From assembly GCA_041666305.1 (NCBI GenBank), contig JBAYHD010000001.1, positions 18,149-82,148 of the forward strand: DNA of 64,000 bases, read 5' to 3'. Position 1 is the first letter of the stretch; each line of letters begins with the position of its first letter. The notes below the pieces were generated by a model, which worked only from the letters and a program-made list of their open reading frames with translations, had not been told where the DNA came from and did not search any database. This DNA is from Minisyncoccota bacterium (GTDB lineage: Bacteria > Patescibacteriota > Minisyncoccia > Phycocordibacterales > Phycocordibacteraceae). Positions 59,714-64,000 of the stretch are shown here, in pieces. Made by a program: the position numbers and the translations under genes.

Positions 59714-60223
59714 CTAACGGCTAGTTATGGTGAACTTCCGTGGATCGATGTCCATATCGGTAAATGCGTGCGCCGCTTCTTTCAATTTCGCGGACGAAGA
59801 TTTGCCGAAAGAAATAACCTCCACCTGCATGCCGTGCATATCGAGATATTCGATGAGCGGCACGAAATCGCCATCGCCGGACGCGATGATGACGGTGTCG
59901 AGCTTGTCTGCGAGCTTTATCGCGTCTACCGCGAGTCCGACGTCCCAGTCGGCTTTCTTTGCGCCGTCGGCGAAGACCTGGAGGTCTTTCACTTTTGTTT
60001 CAATGCCGATCTTAGTGAGCGCCTCAAAGAAGTTCGTCTCTTCCCCGCTCTCCGTGGAGATGACGTAGGCGATGGCGCGCACGAGTATGCGGCCGCCGAC
60101 TGCCTCTTCAAGGACTTTTGCGAAGTTCACGCGCGCTTTGTAGAGATGCTTGGCGCTGTGATAGAGATTTTGCGTGTCGATGAATACGCCCACACGCTGA
60201 GCTGGATGTTTGATAACTGCCAT
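59714..60223 (-). CDS. NYN domain (LabA/DUF88) protein
   Basis: FIDTQNL, KADWDVGLAVD, SGDGDF. Confidence 0.93.
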   Translation of the reverse strand: MAVIKHPAQRVGVFIDTQNLYHSAKHLYKARVNFAKVLEEAVGGRILVRAIAYVISTESGEETNFFEALTKIGIETKVKDLQVFADGAKKADWDVGLAVDAIKLADKLDTVIIASGDGDFVPLIEYLDMHGMQVEVISFGKSSSAKLKEAAHAFTDMDIDPRKFTITSR

Positions 60224-60330
60224 ATAAACTAGTTAGTTAGGCGCTAGGCTCTAGGAACCTAGCAATTCATGTAAATGCGGCACTTGCCACTTCTTCATAC
60301 TACCACTCTTTTTCTAGCGCCTAAGGCCTG

Positions 60331-60597
60331 TTATTTTTTCAAGCCTAGTTTCTTGATAAGCGCGTTGTAGCGGCGCTTGTCGTTGGTTTCGAGATAACGG
60401 AGGTGCGAGCGGCGATCGGCAACCATCTGCAAGAGACCCCGGCGAGAATGGAAATCCTTCGGGTTCTTCTTCAAATGCTTCGCGAGTTCGTCGATCTGCT
60501 TGGAAAGAAGCGCGACCTGCACATCCGGCGAGCCGGTGTCAGTATCGTGCCGGGCAGTGCTTTTCATCACTGCCGCCTTTTTCTTAGTAGTAAGCAT
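60331..60597 (-). CDS. rpsO: 30S ribosomal protein S15
   Basis: DTGSPDVQVA, KDFHSRRGL. Confidence 0.98.
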   Translation of the reverse strand: MLTTKKKAAVMKSTARHDTDTGSPDVQVALLSKQIDELAKHLKKNPKDFHSRRGLLQMVADRRSHLRYLETNDKRRYNALIKKLGLKK

Positions 60598-60679
60598 GAG
60601 TAGGACTACCTTACCACGCCTTGCTTAAACGCGCAAGTGTCGCAGAATGAAGTGCGCACAATATTGTTATACTTTCCCT

Positions 60680-61615
60680 ATGAATGCTGAGGCCGCAAAA
60701 CGCCAATTCCTTGAATACATAGAGATAGAGCGCGGGCGCGCGGTGAAGACTATCGAGAATTACGACCGCTACCTCACTCGCTTTTTCGAACAGATGAAAA
60801 TCAAGAATGTCGGGGACATCACCGAACAGAACGTCCGCGAATTCCGCCTCTGGCTCAACCGTCAGAAAGGCACGACGCACCCCAAAGGGGCCCCTTCGGG
60901 GATGAAGCGTCGCACCCAGAACTACTACATGATTGCGCTTCGCGCATTTCTCAAATTCCTCCGCAAACGCGATATCGAAGCCATTTCACCGGAAAAGATA
61001 GAGCTCGCGAAGCTCCCCGAACGCCAACTTGATCTCATCACGCCCGCGGAACTGGAACGGCTTATGAAAGCGCCCGGCGAAGCCTACAAGAAAGAGCCCG
61101 ACGAGGATAAAAAGCTCCATTACCTGCGCGACAGCGCCATTCTTGAACTACTCTTCTCCACTGGCCTGCGCGTGTCCGAGCTCTGTGCGCTTAACTCTGA
61201 TATGGACCTATCGCGCGATGAATTATCAGTACGAGGAAAAGGCGAGAAAGTGCGCGTTGTATTCCTCTCCCCTGCCGCGAAAGAAGCCGTGCGCGATTAT
61301 TTGAAAGTCCGCAAAGATATGGAGGAAGCATTATTCGTGGACGGCCGGCCGAACGCGCCTCATCGCATAACTCCGCGCGACATCCAGCGACACTTAAAGG
61401 GCTACGTCGCCCGCGCCGGCATCACGAACGTCGTGACGCCTCACACGCTCCGCCACGCCTTCGCCACCGACTTGTTATCGAATGGTGCGGACATCCGCAG
61501 TGTCCAACAGCTCCTCGGCCACGCCTCCATCAACACCACGCAAATTTACACGCACATTACGGATAGTCATTTGCGAGAAATACACAAGAAGTTCCATGGT
61601 CGGAATCGTAGTTAG
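60680..61615 (+). CDS. xerC: XerC/XerD-like tyrosine recombinase
   Basis: TGLRVSE, GKG, PHTLRHAFAT, LLGH, TQIYTH (R-K-H-R-H-Y present). Confidence 0.85.
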   Translation: MNAEAAKRQFLEYIEIERGRAVKTIENYDRYLTRFFEQMKIKNVGDITEQNVREFRLWLNRQKGTTHPKGAPSGMKRRTQNYYMIALRAFLKFLRKRDIEAISPEKIELAKLPERQLDLITPAELERLMKAPGEAYKKEPDEDKKLHYLRDSAILELLFSTGLRVSELCALNSDMDLSRDELSVRGKGEKVRVVFLSPAAKEAVRDYLKVRKDMEEALFVDGRPNAPHRITPRDIQRHLKGYVARAGITNVVTPHTLRHAFATDLLSNGADIRSVQQLLGHASINTTQIYTHITDSHLREIHKKFHGRNRS

Positions 61616-61624
61616 CGAGACCTG

Positions 61625-61737
61625 CCCCGTAAGCAAAGCTTTCTCTCTGCGCTCATTCGGGAATATTGAAGTCAGACTTCAATTTCTCCTCATTCGCTTG
61701 ATAGTAGCCAAGCATTCTGATGCTTGTGGTACCGGGG
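61625..61737. mobile_element. Composite family-B element downstream of xerC
   Basis: Starts ccccgta, ends taccgggg; contains palindrome attgaagtcagacttcaat and the block shared with 37971-38008. Confidence 0.6.
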
Positions 61738-61739
61738 TC

Positions 61740-61772
61740 CACAAAAAATTCCACGGGAAACATCGTGGCTGA
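61740..61772 (+). pseudogene. Orphan alternative xerC 3' end
   Basis: HKKFHGKHRG* versus functional HKKFHGRNRS* (61583-61615). Confidence 0.75.
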
Positions 61773-61817
61773 ATAAAAAGAACGCGGCGCTCTCGTGAGC
61801 GCCGCAGGTGGTTTGGG

Positions 61818-62177
61818 TTAATTCGCACTTTGTACCTTCGCTACCATCTCTTGAAGTTCTTCTCTATTGAGCACGCACCACCGAAATATCTCGTTTTTGT
61901 CGCGGCCCACGAGTAGAAAAGTTTCTTTGTCTTCCCACTCTGGGTATTCCTCGTCCTTTTTATCAAACACTTCGAGAAGCGAGACCCGCAGAATGTTCTC
62001 TCCGGCGATGAAGGCCTTGTTCCCCACCCAAAAATTGCATCCGTATTCGCATATTCCCCATTCGTCCCAGTTCACTTCTTTCGCTGGCCTCTTCAGATGA
62101 TGTATGGGGTAGAAAACTGAAGATCCGGGGCTGGCATGTGTTGCAGGTATCGTAATGGTTCCATTCTTCTTAGCCAC
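61818..62177 (-). CDS. Hypothetical protein
   Basis: GTG at 62177 preceded by gaggag. Confidence 0.65.
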   Translation of the reverse strand: MAKKNGTITIPATHASPGSSVFYPIHHLKRPAKEVNWDEWGICEYGCNFWVGNKAFIAGENILRVSLLEVFDKKDEEYPEWEDKETFLLVGRDKNEIFRWCVLNREELQEMVAKVQSAN

Positions 62178-62258
62178 ATCTTTCTCCTCATAAAGGGCAA
62201 CCGTCAGGGAGTATAAACCCACATTCCACAAAAACAAAAGGCGACCGCGGTCGCCTTT

Positions 62259-62498
62259 TTACTTCATTGCGTGAAGTTTTGCTTTCACGTTGATCTGCCT
62301 CTGGCACCAGCGGATCACTTCCGGCGGGCAAGTCGACACATCGTGCAAGAACTTCAGGAATGCATCGCGTCTTTCTTGCGTATCGCCAAGCACCTCCGCA
62401 AAGATCTGGTACTCGCGAAAATTTGGCTTGCCTGACTTCTTAAAGTGCGCGATGGTTTCGTCAAACAAAAGATTTACTGCATTATGCTGTGTGTACAT
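62259..62498 (-). CDS. Hypothetical protein
   Basis: 79-aa ORF with SD-like aaggggag and downstream palindromic terminator. Confidence 0.6.
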   Translation of the reverse strand: MYTQHNAVNLLFDETIAHFKKSGKPNFREYQIFAEVLGDTQERRDAFLKFLHDVSTCPPEVIRWCQRQINVKAKLHAMK

Positions 62499-62588
62499 GG
62501 TCCGTCTCCCCTTTTCAATTACCCATCTCCTACAACTGCCGAGAAATAGTTTTTGTTGCAGTACCCTGCAAAATGATATTCTTGGGGA

Positions 62589-63398
62589 ATGAACCCCATT
62601 AGAAAGCTCGATGACTCGCGTTCAAACGGGGCAAGAATAGTGTCGTGGAACGTGAACGGATTGCGATCGCTCGCCAATAATGGGTACTGGGAATCATTTT
62701 TGAACAGCGTTAAGCCCGACATCTTCTGTCTCCAAGAAACCAAGGCGAATCCCGACCAACTTACCGAGCAGTTCCTCTCCCCTGCCGGATATTCTGCCTT
62801 CTTTTCTTCCTGCCAAGTACGTAAGGGCTACAGTGGTGTCGCATTGTATTCGAAAACTGAACCCCTGAAAGTGATTTATGGCATGGGCATCCCGGAATTC
62901 GACCAGGAGGGCCGCCTCATCGGCGCAGAATATGACGACTTCTGGCTCATTAATGCCTACTTCCCCAATGGCGGTCAGGGTCCCGAGCGGCTCGACTACA
63001 AAATGCGTTTTTACGATGCCTTCCTCGCTTTTGCAGAAAAACTGCGCAAGCAAAAACCCGTTATTTTCTGCGGCGACGTAAACACCGCCCACGAAGAAAT
63101 CGATCTCGCTCAGCCGAAGAAATATGAGAACAGTACCGGCTTTTTGCCCGATGAGCGGGCATGGATAGATGAAGTCGTGAGTGCCGGTTATATAGATTCA
63201 TACCGTCATTTTCATCCGCATACCAAAGACGCCTATTCCTACTGGGACCTTTTCACCCGCGCGCGAGATCGTAATGATGGCTGGCGCATCGACTACTTCT
63301 TTGTCGCTAACGAATTCATGAAGCGCGTCAAAAGTGCCGAGATCCATCCCGATATTTACGGCTCCGACCACTGTCCTATCTCAGTAACTCTGAGATAG
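62589..63398 (+). CDS. xth: Exodeoxyribonuclease III
   Basis: SWNVNGLR, LQETK, GDVNTAH, WRIDY, GSDHCP. Confidence 0.97.
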   Translation: MNPIRKLDDSRSNGARIVSWNVNGLRSLANNGYWESFLNSVKPDIFCLQETKANPDQLTEQFLSPAGYSAFFSSCQVRKGYSGVALYSKTEPLKVIYGMGIPEFDQEGRLIGAEYDDFWLINAYFPNGGQGPERLDYKMRFYDAFLAFAEKLRKQKPVIFCGDVNTAHEEIDLAQPKKYENSTGFLPDERAWIDEVVSAGYIDSYRHFHPHTKDAYSYWDLFTRARDRNDGWRIDYFFVANEFMKRVKSAEIHPDIYGSDHCPISVTLR

Positions 63399-63838
63399 GA
63401 ACTGTTCTCAGCCTCGAGTCTTCGAGAGGACTGATGCCCCGTAGCAAGTACTCCTGCGAAGTGGGTATCATTACTCTCTCATAATCTATAAAGGACACTT
63501 ATCCACAGGGTGTCCTTTACAATGTCCTTTAGTAGACTATCCTCTACTCCAGAGGCAGCGGCTCGTTACTTCGGTGAGGAGTTGCTTCCTGCGGGTGTTC
63601 TTTCTTGGTCTTTCCATCGGCGCTCTGCCTTCTGTGCGAGGCGTCTGCCTGCGCTGCGGCGATCCGCTACACAAGCCATTCGGCATGACTTCCTTGTTTT
63701 CGGAAGTGCCAGTGTGCAAAATATCATCAATCGAAACAAGCCGCCCTCATTTCTCCGGCTCGAGCACCATTTACGCCCCTGCTCCTTTTACGCTCTAGCC
63801 ACCATTGGGTGGCTTCGTTGTTTGTATTATATGAAAAG

Positions 63839-63854
63839 TGTTCCACGTGGAACA
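63839..63854. promoter_or_regulatory. parS centromere-like site
   Basis: TGTTCCACGTGGAACA, a perfect palindrome of the canonical parS type. Confidence 0.85.
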
Positions 63855-63863
63855 CATGCTGTG

Positions 63864-64000
63864 TCAGCAAACGTGGTGGCGTTCCATTATCTGGCGTACT
63901 TCCTCATCTTCTGCCGCCTCTCGACGCTCTTTTCCTGATTCTCCAAGCTTTTTGAGCTCATCTTCAGTCATTTTGAGGAGTTCCTCGGTCCTTTTATCAA
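63864..64000 (-). CDS. 3' end of a gene entering the window (possibly CCA tRNA nucleotidyltransferase/HD protein)
   Basis: Manual translation DKRTEELLKMTEDELKKLGESGKERREAAEDEEVRQIMERHHVC*; product is a tentative guess from 44 aa. Confidence 0.45.
   Translation of the reverse strand, partial: DKRTEELLKMTEDELKKLGESGKERREAAEDEEVRQIMERHHVC

Noticed and set aside
60680-61615. Integron integrase or prophage integrase responsible for the cassettes
   Set aside because: No IntI-specific insertion evident, no attC-like GTTRRRY/RYYYAAC array or phage genes; looks like a housekeeping Xer.
63530-63790. tmRNA, because the minus strand reads GGGGCGTAAATGGTGCTCGA
   Set aside because: No matching T-arm or acceptor 3' end with CCA and no tag reading frame found in standard or permuted order.
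63400-63860. oriC
   Set aside because: Only one perfect DnaA box, no box cluster or clear DUE, and no dnaA/dnaN nearby; kept only as a possibility in findings.

Overview
Chromosomal segment of a Patescibacteria (CPR) bacterium, most likely Parcubacteria. This is an inference from the missing rpmD/uL30, standard genetic code, CPR-style PaaX/Cas2-like and VirB6-like genes, and scarce Shine-Dalgarno sites on core genes. It carries groESL, secG, RNase J, mutY/nth, infC-rpmI-rplT, a probable compact 6S RNA, the str-S10-spc ribosomal cluster, a surface/T4SS-like gene group, rsmA, pcrA, comM, rpsO, a Xer recombinase, xth and a parS site. The unusual content is small-scale and lies in and between housekeeping genes. 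(1) Two PaaX/Cas2-like genes are each bracketed by their own pair of 38-39 bp nested palindromes that share a CGGTCG core. (2) Synonymously diverged copies of gene 3' tails (fusA x3, a PLD nuclease x2, xerC x2) and a duplicated terminator flank small cargo segments. (3) Two MITE-like families occur, one anchored on TAG stop codons and one with CCCCG...GGGG ends. (4) Short palindromes are inserted in frame in mutY, pcrA and xerC. All calls come from reading the sequence; no database searches were run.
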